NCBI GenBank assembly: GCA_052279835.1
Contig: CP181291.1
Span: 5,024,001-5,088,000 of the forward strand
Direction: 5' to 3'
Origin: Microcoleus sp.
GTDB lineage: Bacteria; Cyanobacteriota; Cyanobacteriia; Cyanobacteriales; Microcoleaceae
DNA length: 64,000 nt
Position 1 is the first letter of the stretch. Each line of letters begins with the position of its first letter. The notes below the pieces were generated by a model. It did not search any database, had not been told where the DNA came from, and worked only from the letters and a program-made list of their open reading frames with translations. The position numbers and the translations under genes are program-made. This document shows positions 10,589 to 21,280 of this stretch, piece by piece.

Positions 10589-12253
10589 TTATTTTAAATG
10601 CCAGTGTTTACCACTTTTCAACAGCGCTTCAAACTCATCCTGGGGCAAAGCCTTGCTGAAAAAATAGCCTTGAATTTCGTCACAATCGTGAGTACACAAA
10701 AAAGCAAGTTCCTGTTCATCTTCTACCCCCTCAGCCACCACCGTCATATTCATCGAGTGTGCCATTTGAATAATCGCGATCGTAATCGCTGCATTCTGAC
10801 GATCCTCTGTAATATTCCGAATAAAACTCTTATCTATTTTCAGAACATCAAAGGGAAACCGCTTGGAATAACTTAAGGAAGCATATCCCGTCCCAAAATC
10901 GTCAATTGCCACCCTAATTCCCATTTGTTTCCACACACTAAAAGCTTGGGCTACTGCCGTTTCATCTTGCAACACCAGACTTTCCGTCAATTCTAATTCC
11001 AGATATTTAGGATCGAGACCAGTTTTGGTTAATATTTGACTGACTCTTTGCGTCAGATTTTTTTGATCGAATTGGCGGGCTGACACGTTGACTGCTACTC
11101 TTAGCGGACCCAAACCCTGGGCTTGCCAAGCTTGAGTTTGCCTACAAGCCGTCTCTAATACCCATTCCCCTAAAGGCGCAATCAAGCCCATTTCTTCCGC
11201 CATGGGAATGAATTCTCCAGGGGAAACCCGTCCCATTTCTGGATGGTTCCAACGCACTAAAGCTTCTGCACCCACTATTTTTCCACTCTTTATTTCTACT
11301 TTCGGCTCATAGTAAACTTCAAATTCAGACCGTTTTAAAGCATTACGCAGACTAATTTCTTGAGCTAGTTTATTAATAGAATGAGCTGCAATATTTCGCG
11401 CATGAAATTGATAATTATTTCCACCTTTTTCCTGAGCATAGTACATAGCTGTATAAGCATTTTTTAGCAAAGTCTCTGCATCCCTACCATCGGCGGGATA
11501 CAAAGAAATACCCATACTAGCCGTGACGTAAACTTCGCTGCTTTCTACAATGATGGCTTGGGCGACAATTTCCAAAATGCTTTGAACAATCTTGACCGCA
11601 TCCTGTTTATCTTTAACAGGTTCGAGAACCAACGCAAATTCGGCTGCTTCCAAACGAGCCGCCAGATTAATTTTGTTTGTACAGTTATTCAGCCGCTGAG
11701 CAATACTGCAAATTACTAAATCACCAATATGGTGTCCCAAGGTACTATTAATCCGGTTAATTCTATCTAAGCTGAGAGTGACAACCGGAATGAATTCTGA
11801 CAATTCTGTTTGTTCGTTTAATAGCTGACTTAGCTTTTCTCGAAGCAAGGAACGATTGGGTAGATTTGTCAAGCTATCATAGTGATGTCGGTGGAGGGCT
11901 ATTTGAATAGTTGTGTGCAAGTTTTTTTCTTCAAATGGTTTGACGATGTAACCAAAAGGTTTAGTATAATTGACTCGTCGCAACGTATTTTCATCGGCAT
12001 AAGCTGTGAGGTAAATCACTGGGATTTGGAAGCGGGATCTAATTTTTTCTGCCGCTGTTATCCCGTCTATTTTTCCTTGTAAATTCACATCCATCAGCAC
12101 TAAATCGGGTCGCACTTCTGATGCGGCTATAATGGCTTCTTCCCCAGAATAGACAATGGCAGTTACTTGATATCCCAGACTTGTTAAACTGTCGAAAAGG
12201 TCTTCAGCAATGATGCTTTCATCTTCGACTATCAGTATTTTGTTATTTGACAT
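10589..12253 (-). CDS. Response regulator with REC, degenerate GGDEF and EAL domains (probable c-di-GMP phosphodiesterase)
   Basis: REC (IVEDE, LMDVNL, KPF); GGDEF site reads EAAEF; EAL (AEALVRW, DDFGTGY, EGVE). Confidence 0.93.
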   Translation of the reverse strand: MSNNKILIVEDESIIAEDLFDSLTSLGYQVTAIVYSGEEAIIAASEVRPDLVLMDVNLQGKIDGITAAEKIRSRFQIPVIYLTAYADENTLRRVNYTKPFGYIVKPFEEKNLHTTIQIALHRHHYDSLTNLPNRSLLREKLSQLLNEQTELSEFIPVVTLSLDRINRINSTLGHHIGDLVICSIAQRLNNCTNKINLAARLEAAEFALVLEPVKDKQDAVKIVQSILEIVAQAIIVESSEVYVTASMGISLYPADGRDAETLLKNAYTAMYYAQEKGGNNYQFHARNIAAHSINKLAQEISLRNALKRSEFEVYYEPKVEIKSGKIVGAEALVRWNHPEMGRVSPGEFIPMAEEMGLIAPLGEWVLETACRQTQAWQAQGLGPLRVAVNVSARQFDQKNLTQRVSQILTKTGLDPKYLELELTESLVLQDETAVAQAFSVWKQMGIRVAIDDFGTGYASLSYSKRFPFDVLKIDKSFIRNITEDRQNAAITIAIIQMAHSMNMTVVAEGVEDEQELAFLCTHDCDEIQGYFFSKALPQDEFEALLKSGKHWHLK

Positions 12254-14626
12254 TAGGTTTGCTCTCCTGGTGCATTTCTGGTTGTGAAAATGTTATTTTA
12301 AAAACTGTTCCGGCAGTTTTTAAAAGTTCTATATTCCCGCGAATTTGTTTAACCAAAGATACTACTAAACGCAAGCCCAATGTGCGAGAATTTTTATAGT
12401 CTAAGTCTTTGGGTAAACCAATGCCGCTGTCGCTAACAACTAGCACGCAAACCCTGGCATCATCGAAACTGAAATCTATTTTAATTGTACCTTGATGTTG
12501 CTCTGGAAAAGCATACTTTAGGGAATTGGTCACAAATTCGTTGATAATTAGTCCGCAAGGAACGGCGGTGTCAATATTTAGAAAACATGGTGCAATATTT
12601 GTTTGTAATTTAATTCCTTTGGCATTGATTTCATAGGCTTGGAATAAATTTTTGGCTAAGTTGTGGATATAATCAGCAAAGTCAATCTTTGATAAGTCTT
12701 TGGATTGATACAATTGTTCGTGAACCAGGGCCATTGACCTGACCCGGTTTTGGCTTTCTTTGAGCATTTCAGTAACGTGGCTATCTTGAATATAGCGAGA
12801 CTGAAGTTTGAGCAAACTGGAAATAACTTGTAGGTTGTTTTTGACGCGGTGATGAATTTCTTGGAGTAGCACTTCTTTTTCGGCGAGGGAAGCTTTGATT
12901 TGATCTTCATCTCGCTTGCGGTCCGTAATGTCGCGCACTACTGCTTGTAAGAATTTTTCTCCATTAATTTCCATGCTGTTTAACAGCACTTCTGCGGGAA
13001 ATTCTGAACCGTCGAGTCGTTTGTGAACCCAGTCAAATCGACAGCTTCCTGTTTCCATGGCTGTGGCTATTTTTTGTTCGGAGAGAGTCTTTGAATCTTC
13101 TCCATTAGGCTGAAATGGTGGAGATAATTCCATGGGGTGTTTACCAGAAAACTCTTCTTTTTTGCTATAGCCAAACATTTTTAAGGTAGCGAAGTTGCAG
13201 TCAAAAAACATCTCTTCATTTAGCAACATTACTGCGTCGCTGGTGGCTTCATAAAGGCTCCTAAATTTGTGTTCAGATTCTTGCAATGAAGCAATTAATT
13301 TGGTTTTTTGAGCTTCGGCGCGTTTGCGATCGGTAATGTCGATTCCTACAGATACTGCTGCGGTTCCTTGATGATATTTTTGAGCTACTATTAAATAGTT
13401 GCGCAGGGAGCCGTTAATTTCTATTTCTATTTCTTGGGATGTTTCCCGATCTGAACTTTCAAAAAATTGCCGCAGTAGTTGTCCAAAGTTAGACCCTCGT
13501 TCGAGAAACCCTATTTCTTCACCAACAAAGCTTTCTGGAGAACGTTTGAAAGAAGTTGCTAAGTGCTGGTTGACTCCTATATACCGCAAATCTGAATCGA
13601 TCCAAGAAATTAATCCCGGTACGGCATTTAAAACTGCCCAAAGTTGGTCGGTTGTTTTTTCTAGAGCTTCTTCCGATCGCTTGCGATCGCTAATATCTGT
13701 CGCCGTACCAGTTAGTCCTAAAATAGTGCCGTTTTCGGCTTGGTTAACGATGCTGTTTACCCGCAGGTGAACGGGAGTGCCGTCTTTGCGAAGATGTACT
13801 GTTTCGTAAGCATAGTTAGGTGCTGGGGGCTGAAGGCTGGTGTTATCTAAAAGTTGTTCAAATATTTGTATTTGTAAGGGTTTGTGTTCGGGAAGCAAAA
13901 ATTCGGTGAAACTGCGCCCGATCATTTCTGGTGGTTCATAACCGTAGATGCGTTCCGCGGCGGCATTGACAAAGGTTAACAAGCCTTGAATATCGACGGA
14001 CCAAATTAATTCTTGGGAGGTTTGGACGAGATTGCGGTACTTTTTTTCGCTTTCGTAAAGTGCTGCATGAAAGTTTTTTGTTTGCTGCTGAAGCTGGCGT
14101 TGTAATTCTTGATTTGCTCTTTGCAATGCCGCTGGCGATCGCGATCCATCCCCTATTTCCGTAGAAACACCGACGGCACCGACAACTTCGCCCTGGGAAT
14201 TGTATACAGGCGTCGATCGAATTTCGTATATTAAATCCCCCTGTTGGGCATTCCAATAGCGTGAGTTTCCCGCCAATACCCAAGTCATATTTTCATAGAT
14301 ATCTGGATGGTGATTGTAAACTTCAAAAATCGAGGTTCTGGTGAGTTTCTTCTGGCGAAAAACCCAAATTTTCTCGTCCTTTGCCGAAGGCAAACGTTAA
14401 TTTGCCGTTTTTGTCTGTCGCCCATAGCAGAATCGGAGCAACACCTATCGCTCTTTGCCAAGTCTCGTTAGCTGTTTTGAGGCGATGGATTTCCCCTTGA
14501 AGTTGCTCGCGGGTGTTGTTTAATTCTGCTGTTAGCTGCTCTACTATGAGCTGCAAGTTAGTCGTAGTGTCTGGCGTTTGCGCCCTCGCACAGGAGCAAT
14601 AGCTTGATTGGTTAGACGGTGACATA
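12243..14626 (-). pseudogene. Multi-PAS sensor histidine kinase (HisKA_2 type) with an apparent +1 frameshift near 14346-14348
   Basis: EIHHRVKNNLQVISSLL H-box. The first PAS domain is split between ORF 14323-14643 (PILLWATDKNGKLTFAFGKG..LGFSPEE) and ORF 12243-14393 (LTRTSIFEVY..PVYNSQGEVVGAVGVSTEI); removing one A from GAAGAAACTC joins them. Confidence 0.75.
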
Positions 14627-14960
14627 GTTTCTCCCAGATGCACTCTGATTTTTAGACCAGCCTATTTTTTAAGCATAAACTTTTCCTGTCAACTCTTACC
14701 GTTAACTGGGATACTCATTTTGCAAATCAGGGATATTTTGAAGCTTGTTTAAACAAATTAGGAGTTGCCTGTCCTTGCGCTGTTTCGATCCCAATCGATC
14801 GACAACAGGCTAATTCATTACTGCTAATCAGTATTTTTACGTCTATTATGGGTAGACTTACCAAAATCAATTCCGTAATCTTCACCTTTTGTCTATCCCG
14901 GAATTGTAAAGTTATGATTAATGTGCGTAAATATACTGAATATAGTCCTTAGTTATTGGT

Positions 14961-15112
14961 TATATCAATTCCGGTTACACCGGAATGATGTTGACTGTTC
15001 ACTGTTGACTGTTCACTGTTGATTGCGTCGCCCTGCCCTTCGACTCCGCTCAGGAACCGCGGAGTCGAAGGGTTGACGGTTTGAACAATTCCGATGCTAC
15101 CGGAAACGATTT
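14961..15112. mobile_element. MITE-like element with imperfect ~25-bp terminal inverted repeats and an internal CCTTCGACTCCGCTCAGG hairpin
   Basis: ATATCAATTCCGGTTACACCGGAAT...ATTCCGATGCTACCGGAAACGAT; related ends at 36002-36107 and partially at 63061-63140. Confidence 0.6.
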
Positions 15113-15198
15113 TATTGGTTATTAGTTATTAGTTATGGGCGGTGCTACTCGCGTAGCGTCGCCCTGCCCTTCGACTGTCAACTGTCAACCATTTTTCC

Positions 15199-15576
15199 CT
15201 ACAAATCAGCAGCGTGCTGTTTCAATTCATCTAAAGAAACGTATTCCAAAGTTAAGGCGTGAGTCGCTGACAAAACCACCTTGGGTGCAACTCCAGCATC
15301 CATCGCTTCCTTCCAGCGTGATGCACATAAACACCAGCAATCCCCTGGTTTCAAACCGGGAAAATTAAATGCGGGGACTGGAGTTATCAAATCATTTCCC
15401 CTCGACTTGCTGAATTGCAAAAAATCTGCTGTCAATTGAGCACAAACTGTGTGAGCCCCATAGTCGCCACCACCTGTATTGCATTTGCCATCCCGATAAT
15501 ATCCCGTCATGGGCGACGTGCAGCAAGTTTCTAATTTTCCACCCAACACATTTGTAGCTTCTGTCACAATTGCCAC
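15199..15576 (-). CDS. DUF2237 family protein
   Basis: NVLGGKLETCC, TGYYRDGKC, GNDLITP..FPGLKPGDCWCLCASRW. Confidence 0.9.
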   Translation of the reverse strand: MAIVTEATNVLGGKLETCCTSPMTGYYRDGKCNTGGGDYGAHTVCAQLTADFLQFSKSRGNDLITPVPAFNFPGLKPGDCWCLCASRWKEAMDAGVAPKVVLSATHALTLEYVSLDELKQHAADL

Positions 15577-15631
15577 TCCTTGATAAAATATTCTCTCTAA
15601 ATTATACCTCTGAGTTTGAGCGATAAAAATG

Positions 15632-16093
15632 TTAGAGATTTTTGATCATGGCAAAGTTGATGAATTTTTGCCCTCTCCGTGCTACCTCTTGTTGTTTAAT
15701 TACCACAAATTTTTGGTTTTCAAAGAAAGGTTTGGCTGTAATACTGGCTTCGGTAAATATTGTTTTTAGTCCTAATTCCTTGGCTTTGGCTTCAATCTGT
15801 TCTAATATTTTTGTGCCTACTCCTTTCCTTTGAAAGTCCTTGTGGCAGTAAAAGCGATCGATATGACCGTTGATTTCTAGTTCTCCAAAACCTGCAATTA
15901 TGTCACCTTCTGTCGCTACAAAGGTAAATTTATTGCTTAAACTTTTGACCCAATTTTCCCGGTCGATGTCAACAGGAGCCCAAGCATCTACTTGTGCTTT
16001 TGTGTAATCTTGGATATTTACTTGGTGTACTGTTTCATAAAACAGTTTGATAATTTGTTCGGTATCCCCTATTTCGTAGTTTCTGACTTTCAT
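15632..16093 (-). CDS. GNAT family N-acetyltransferase (YafP-like)
   Basis: FQRKGVG acetyl-CoA motif, EASITAKPFFE; ATG at 16093. Confidence 0.88.
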   Translation of the reverse strand: MKVRNYEIGDTEQIIKLFYETVHQVNIQDYTKAQVDAWAPVDIDRENWVKSLSNKFTFVATEGDIIAGFGELEINGHIDRFYCHKDFQRKGVGTKILEQIEAKAKELGLKTIFTEASITAKPFFENQKFVVIKQQEVARRGQKFINFAMIKNL

Positions 16094-16281
16094 AGCTGGT
16101 TTCCAGAGGGTGCAAAAATGCGATCGATACAGTTGGATTAATTTCTGCCACTTCCATTGACTCAAATAATTTTACTGTACCTCTTGACAAAATCTACTGC
16201 TTTGTGCAAGATTAATTATAACAAATGTTCGATATACCAAAACCTAACTCAACAGCTAAACCCTAGCTAAAGTCTAGGTTA

Positions 16282-16307
16282 TACTATATCGGATGTTCGA
16301 TATAGTA
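16282..16307. promoter_or_regulatory. Probable TetR operator palindrome, with a degenerate second site at ~16216-16238
   Basis: TACTATATCG-GATGTT-CGATATAGTA perfect 10-bp inverted repeat upstream of tetR; ATGTTCGATATA also occurs at ~16225; TTGACA at 16184. Confidence 0.65.
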
Positions 16308-16379
16308 ATATGTTTCGATCGATTTTAAATTTTAGATAACCTAGGATCTAGAATCCACCATGTCAGATCGATCGACCTT

Positions 16380-16961
16380 ATGCCAAAGATAGTTGACCAC
16401 GAACTCTACCGCAAACAACTGTTGAACCAATGCTTTGAGATCTTTGCAGAAAAAGGCTATTCCTCAGTAACAATGCGTGAAATAGCCTCAGAAATTGGAG
16501 TTTCTACAGGCACGCTTTACCACTATTTCCCCAGTAAAGAAAGCCTGTTCGACCAATTAATTGAATACTTGAGCTATGAAGATACAAAAGAAGAAGCGCT
16601 AGCGGAATTAGGAAATCCACCAACCCTAGGTGAAAAGATTGAAAAATTAATGGAATATGTCTGTAAAAGTGAGGATTATATTGTCAAAAGTTTGTCAATT
16701 ACCTTTGATTTTTGTCATCACAAAACTCGGCAAGAGGTTGAGAGTAATCAGGCACTTCAGGAAGCAGGAAAGCGCTATGAAGAAGCCGTAGGCTGCTACT
16801 TAGGCATCTCCAATCCACAAATCCCGATATTTATCATCAACTATGTTGATGGTTTGTTGGGAAGAAGATTTTATCAAGGTGAAAGGATTTCTTTCACAGA
16901 ACAAGCGAATTTATTAAAAGAGCTGTTGGTTGCTTATCTAGAAAAAAAACAAGACGAATAG
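16380..16961 (+). CDS. TetR/AcrR family transcriptional regulator
   Basis: N-terminal HTH (TMREIASEIGVSTGTLYHYFPSKESL). Confidence 0.93.
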   Translation: MPKIVDHELYRKQLLNQCFEIFAEKGYSSVTMREIASEIGVSTGTLYHYFPSKESLFDQLIEYLSYEDTKEEALAELGNPPTLGEKIEKLMEYVCKSEDYIVKSLSITFDFCHHKTRQEVESNQALQEAGKRYEEAVGCYLGISNPQIPIFIINYVDGLLGRRFYQGERISFTEQANLLKELLVAYLEKKQDE

Positions 16962-16970
16962 AGGAGATAT

Positions 16971-18479
16971 ATGAACTTTCAAGATTACATCAAACCTCAC
17001 AATCGATTGGTAACGGGATTAGTAATTGCTGGCGCTTTAATTAGCGTGGGTACTGCTTTTTACGGAATTTCTCAGTCGGGAATTATCAGTGAAAGTGCTG
17101 AACCTTTGCCTGTGGAAACAACTCCTCCAGCTAGGAAAATAACCGCTTTAGGAAGATTGGAACCCCAAGGAGAAGTGATTCGGTTGGGAGTATCGCAAAA
17201 TCTCAATGGCGATCGCATTTCGCAGATTTTAGTCAAAGAAGGCGATCGGGTGAAAGCTGGGCAGTTAATCGCAATTATGGATGCAGGCGATCGGCTAAAA
17301 TCTGCCTTAGACGAAGCCAAAGAAAAAGTAAAAGTTGCCCAAGCAAATTTAGCAAAAGTCAAAGCCGGTGCAAAATCAGGAGAAATTGCAGCACAATCAG
17401 CCACAATTGGCAAGCTAACAGCAGAATTGCAAGGGAATCAAACAGCACAAGAAGCAACAGTCGATCGCCTCCTCGCCCAATGGGAAGGAGACAGAAGCGC
17501 CCAGCAAGCGACAATTAACAGAATCACCGCCCAGTGGGAAGGAGAAAAGAAAGCTCAAACAGCAACAATTAGCCGCATAAATGCACAGTGGAAAGGAGAA
17601 AAACAAGCACAAATAGCAGCAATTAACAAGTTGCAAGCAGAGTTAAATAATGCACAATCTGAATACGTGCGCAATCAACAACTTGTTGTCGAAGGTGCAA
17701 TTTCTAAATCCGTAATGGATACCAAAAAGCTAGCAGTAGAAACCAACAGCCAGCAAGTTAAAGAAGCTCAAGCAAATCTCACCAGGATTAATAGTACAGC
17801 AACAGAGCAACTTGAAGAAGCCCAAGCAAATCTCGATCGAATCAACAATACAGCCAAACAGCAACTGAAGGAAGCCCAAGCCAATCTTTCGAGAATTAAT
17901 AATACAGCAAAACAGCAGCTAAATGAAGCCCAAGCAAATCTCAAACGCATCAAAGGAAGTGGTAGCCAACAACTAGAAGAAGCGAAAGCCACTCTCGAAA
18001 AAATAGCCGAAGTACGCCCGGTGGACATAGAAGCAGCCGAAACAGAAATCAATAGTGCGATCGCCCAAGTGAATCGCGCCCAAGCGGAATTAAATCAAGC
18101 TTATATCCGCACCCCAACTCCCGGAAAAATCCTCAAAATTCATACTCGCCCAGGCGAAAAAATTAGCGACGAAGGCATTGCCGATGTAGGAAAAACTGAG
18201 CAAATGGTAGTCGTAGCCGAAGTTTATCAAACCGATATTAGCAAAATCAAGGTTGGACAAAAAGCAACTGTCACCAGCCAAGCATTTCCCGGAGAATTGC
18301 CAGGAGTTGTTCAAGAGATTGGATTGAAAGTCAGCAAACAAAATGTGTTTAGCAACCAACCGGGAGAAAACTTGGACAGCCGAGTAGTGGAAGTAAAACT
18401 TCACTTGAATTCAGAAGGTAGCAAACAAGTTGAAGGGTTGACAAACTTGCAGGTAATGGTAGCAATTCAGAAAGACTAA
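16971..18479 (+). CDS. DevB-family membrane fusion protein with an extended alpha-hairpin
   Basis: [40 protein letters not shown] motifs; internal 18-aa repeats. Confidence 0.92.
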   Translation: MNFQDYIKPHNRLVTGLVIAGALISVGTAFYGISQSGIISESAEPLPVETTPPARKITALGRLEPQGEVIRLGVSQNLNGDRISQILVKEGDRVKAGQLIAIMDAGDRLKSALDEAKEKVKVAQANLAKVKAGAKSGEIAAQSATIGKLTAELQGNQTAQEATVDRLLAQWEGDRSAQQATINRITAQWEGEKKAQTATISRINAQWKGEKQAQIAAINKLQAELNNAQSEYVRNQQLVVEGAISKSVMDTKKLAVETNSQQVKEAQANLTRINSTATEQLEEAQANLDRINNTAKQQLKEAQANLSRINNTAKQQLNEAQANLKRIKGSGSQQLEEAKATLEKIAEVRPVDIEAAETEINSAIAQVNRAQAELNQAYIRTPTPGKILKIHTRPGEKISDEGIADVGKTEQMVVVAEVYQTDISKIKVGQKATVTSQAFPGELPGVVQEIGLKVSKQNVFSNQPGENLDSRVVEVKLHLNSEGSKQVEGLTNLQVMVAIQKD

Positions 18480-18513
18480 AGTCCCGAATCCGAACCTTGA
18501 AGGATGGAAAGTT

Positions 18514-19146
18514 ATGGCAGAATTTGGTCCAGATCCAAACCTACCTTATCCCATGATAGACCAGTGGCGCGTAGGTTTCATCAAAAACTTTGTGAAATCG
18601 CCTAATATTATTGTCGGTGATTACTCCTACTATGACGATCCGAATGGTCCGGAAAACTTCGAGAAAAATGTACTTTACAACTACGGAAATGACAGATTAA
18701 TTATTGGTAAATTTTGTGCGATCGCCACCAATGTCAAATTCATCATGAACGGTGCAAACCACAAACTAGACGGCATTTCAACCTATCCTTTTCCTGTTTT
18801 TGGTAATGGTTGGGAAACAGCCATGAATTTATTAATGGAATTGCCAAATAAAGGAGATATTGTGATTGGTAATGATGTGTGGATTGGTTACGAAGCAGTG
18901 ATTATGCCAGGAGTCAAAATCGGTGATGGTGTGGTGATTGCAGCGAAATCTGTGGTGGTAAAAGATGTTCCGGCTTACACCATTGTCGGTGGAAATCCCG
19001 CAGGTATAATCAAAGAGCGTTTCAGCGATGCTGAAGTTGCACAATTATTAGAAATTCGGTGGTGGGATTGGCAAATTGACAAGATTACGCGCCATATTAA
19101 CTTGATTATGAACAGTGATATTCAAGCACTGATAGATGCGGAATAA
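18514..19146 (+). CDS. Vat/CatB family xenobiotic O-acetyltransferase (hexapeptide repeat)
   Basis: [50 protein letters not shown]. Confidence 0.93.
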   Translation: MAEFGPDPNLPYPMIDQWRVGFIKNFVKSPNIIVGDYSYYDDPNGPENFEKNVLYNYGNDRLIIGKFCAIATNVKFIMNGANHKLDGISTYPFPVFGNGWETAMNLLMELPNKGDIVIGNDVWIGYEAVIMPGVKIGDGVVIAAKSVVVKDVPAYTIVGGNPAGIIKERFSDAEVAQLLEIRWWDWQIDKITRHINLIMNSDIQALIDAE

Positions 19147-19170
19147 AAGGGAGCATCCCGATTTTGCATA

Positions 19171-19240
19171 GGCGAAGCATGACCGCTGTAAATCTCTGGT
19201 TATCACTAATAAATTATCTGCGGTCATGCTTCGCCCCTAC
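19171..19240. repeat. GTAG-type REP-like inverted repeat
   Basis: GGCGAAGCATGACCGC...GCGGTCATGCTTCGCC(CCTAC), a 16-bp perfect inverted repeat. Confidence 0.7.
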
Positions 19241-19249
19241 GAATTACAA

Positions 19250-19327
19250 ATAACTAATAACCAATAACCAATAACCAATAACCAATAACCAATAACCAAT
19301 TCTCCATTCCCCATTCCCCATTCCCAA
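19250..19327. repeat. Heptamer tandem repeats (STRR type): (TAACCAA)n then (TTCCCCA)n
   Basis: Read directly; similar heptamers at ~5451, ~15114, ~41670-41735 and ~63702. Confidence 0.85.
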
Positions 19328-19332
19328 ATTAT

Positions 19333-20487
19333 ATGTTTCGTAAAACACCCCTTGCATGGTTGCAAGTAACCAGAGAAAAAACCCGCCTTGCAGTTGCCAT
19401 TGCCGGCATTGCCTTTGCAGATATCCTAATCTTCGTGCAACTAGGATTCCGAGATGCACTTTTCGATTCTGCCATCAAACCGCACCAAAGTTTACAAACA
19501 GACTTAGTGTTAATCAATCCTCAATTTGAAACATTTGCTGCGGTAAAAAGTTTCAAAAGAGATAGATTATACCAAGCCCAAGGATTTGAAGGAGTCAAAT
19601 CTGTAACTTCTTTGCATATTGATATTGGGCGGTGGCGAAATCCCACCAATCGCACTACGAGAGCGATTTTAATTTTTGGAGTAGATCCGGGAAACATCAC
19701 ATTTAATTTGCCCGATGTCAACAAACAATTGCATCAAATTCAAATGTTTAATCATGCCTTATTCGACCAATCTTCGAGACCAGAATATGGCGATATTGCC
19801 CAAATTATCCAGAAAGAATCCAGCCTTGAAACTGAACTAAACAAACGCAACATTCAAGTATCGGGTTTATTTACCCTCGGCACTTCTTTCACGGCTGATG
19901 GGAATGTCATAGTCAGTGACTCCACCTTCATGAACTTATTTCCCGAAAGGAAACCAGATGAAATGGATGTGGGTTTAATCACTCTTAAACCCGGTGCAGA
20001 TATCAAAAAAGTCCAGTCTCTACTCCAAACTACTTTACCCAATGATGTTAAAGTTTTAACCTTGGCAGAATTTGCGGAAATCGAGAAAGCTTACTGGGCA
20101 AATGCTACCCCCATTGGCTTTATTTTTGGATTTGGTACAATCATCGGATTTATTGTGGGTCTAATTATTGTTTACCAAATTCTTTACTCCGATGTTTCCG
20201 ACCACTTAGCAGAATATGCTACTTTAAAAGCAATGGGATATAGCGATCGCTATTTAGTAGGAGTCTTAATTCAAGAAGCTCTACTATTAGCATTTTTAGG
20301 TTTTATGCCAGGAATTGCGATCGCGAATGGAATGTATTCTCTCGCACAATCTGCCACTTTATTACCAATTATAATGACCACAAACCGAGCAGTAGTAGTG
20401 TTAGGTTTGACGATTGTGATGTGTACAGGTTCCGGTGCGATCGCCCTTCGGAAACTTCAATCAGCAGACCCCGCAGACATCTTTTAA
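19333..20487 (+). CDS. DevC-family ABC transporter permease
   Basis: RKTPLAWLQ..RLAVAIAGIAFADIL, YATLKAMGY, C-terminal ADPADIF. Confidence 0.93.
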   Translation: MFRKTPLAWLQVTREKTRLAVAIAGIAFADILIFVQLGFRDALFDSAIKPHQSLQTDLVLINPQFETFAAVKSFKRDRLYQAQGFEGVKSVTSLHIDIGRWRNPTNRTTRAILIFGVDPGNITFNLPDVNKQLHQIQMFNHALFDQSSRPEYGDIAQIIQKESSLETELNKRNIQVSGLFTLGTSFTADGNVIVSDSTFMNLFPERKPDEMDVGLITLKPGADIKKVQSLLQTTLPNDVKVLTLAEFAEIEKAYWANATPIGFIFGFGTIIGFIVGLIIVYQILYSDVSDHLAEYATLKAMGYSDRYLVGVLIQEALLLAFLGFMPGIAIANGMYSLAQSATLLPIIMTTNRAVVVLGLTIVMCTGSGAIALRKLQSADPADIF

Positions 20488-20527
20488 TCAGCGCTAATTT
20501 TCGGTAAATTTTGACCCAAAAATCCCC

Positions 20528-21253
20528 ATGGAAACCCTAAATCTCCCTGCTGAAACAACCACAATAACCGAACCAGTAATTTCCGTCAAAAACCTCAATC
20601 ACTACTTCGGCCAAGGGTCCCTCAAAAAACAAGCCTTATTTGACATAAATCTGGATATCAACCCAGGAGAAATAGTAATTATGACGGGGCCCTCCGGTTC
20701 CGGGAAAACAACGTTATTAACCATGTTAGGAGGCTTGCGTTCTGCCCAGGAAGGGAGTCTCAAAATTCTGGGACAAGAAATAGTCTCGGCTAGCAAACAT
20801 CAATTAACCAAACTGAGAAAGCAAATTGGGTATATTTTTCAAGCACACAATCTGATGACATTTTTGACAGCCAAGCAAAACGTGCGAATGTCTTTGGAAT
20901 TGCATAAAGAAATGCTAAATCAGAATATGGATGCTTTGTCCATAGCAATGTTAGAAGCAGTGGGTTTGGGAGAGAGGGCTAATTATTACCCCGAAAATTT
21001 GTCAGGAGGACAGAAACAAAGAGTAGCGATCGCCCGTGCGTTAGTCAGCCATCCTAAAATAGTATTAGCCGATGAACCCACTGCTGCTTTAGACAAAAAA
21101 TCCGGGCGAGATGTGGTAGAAATTATGCAGAAACTAGCCAAAGAACAAGGTTGCACGATTTTGCTTGTCACCCACGACAATCGTATTTTGGATATTGCCG
21201 ATCGCATTATTTACATGGAAGACGGGCATTTAGTCACAAATCTGGCAGATTAA
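20528..21253 (+). CDS. DevA-family ABC transporter ATP-binding protein
   Basis: GPSGSGKT, LSGGQKQR, ADEPTAALD, VTHD. Confidence 0.94.
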   Translation: METLNLPAETTTITEPVISVKNLNHYFGQGSLKKQALFDINLDINPGEIVIMTGPSGSGKTTLLTMLGGLRSAQEGSLKILGQEIVSASKHQLTKLRKQIGYIFQAHNLMTFLTAKQNVRMSLELHKEMLNQNMDALSIAMLEAVGLGERANYYPENLSGGQKQRVAIARALVSHPKIVLADEPTAALDKKSGRDVVEIMQKLAKEQGCTILLVTHDNRILDIADRIIYMEDGHLVTNLAD

Positions 21254-21280
21254 AGTCATGAACCTGGAATGCCTGCTGTA

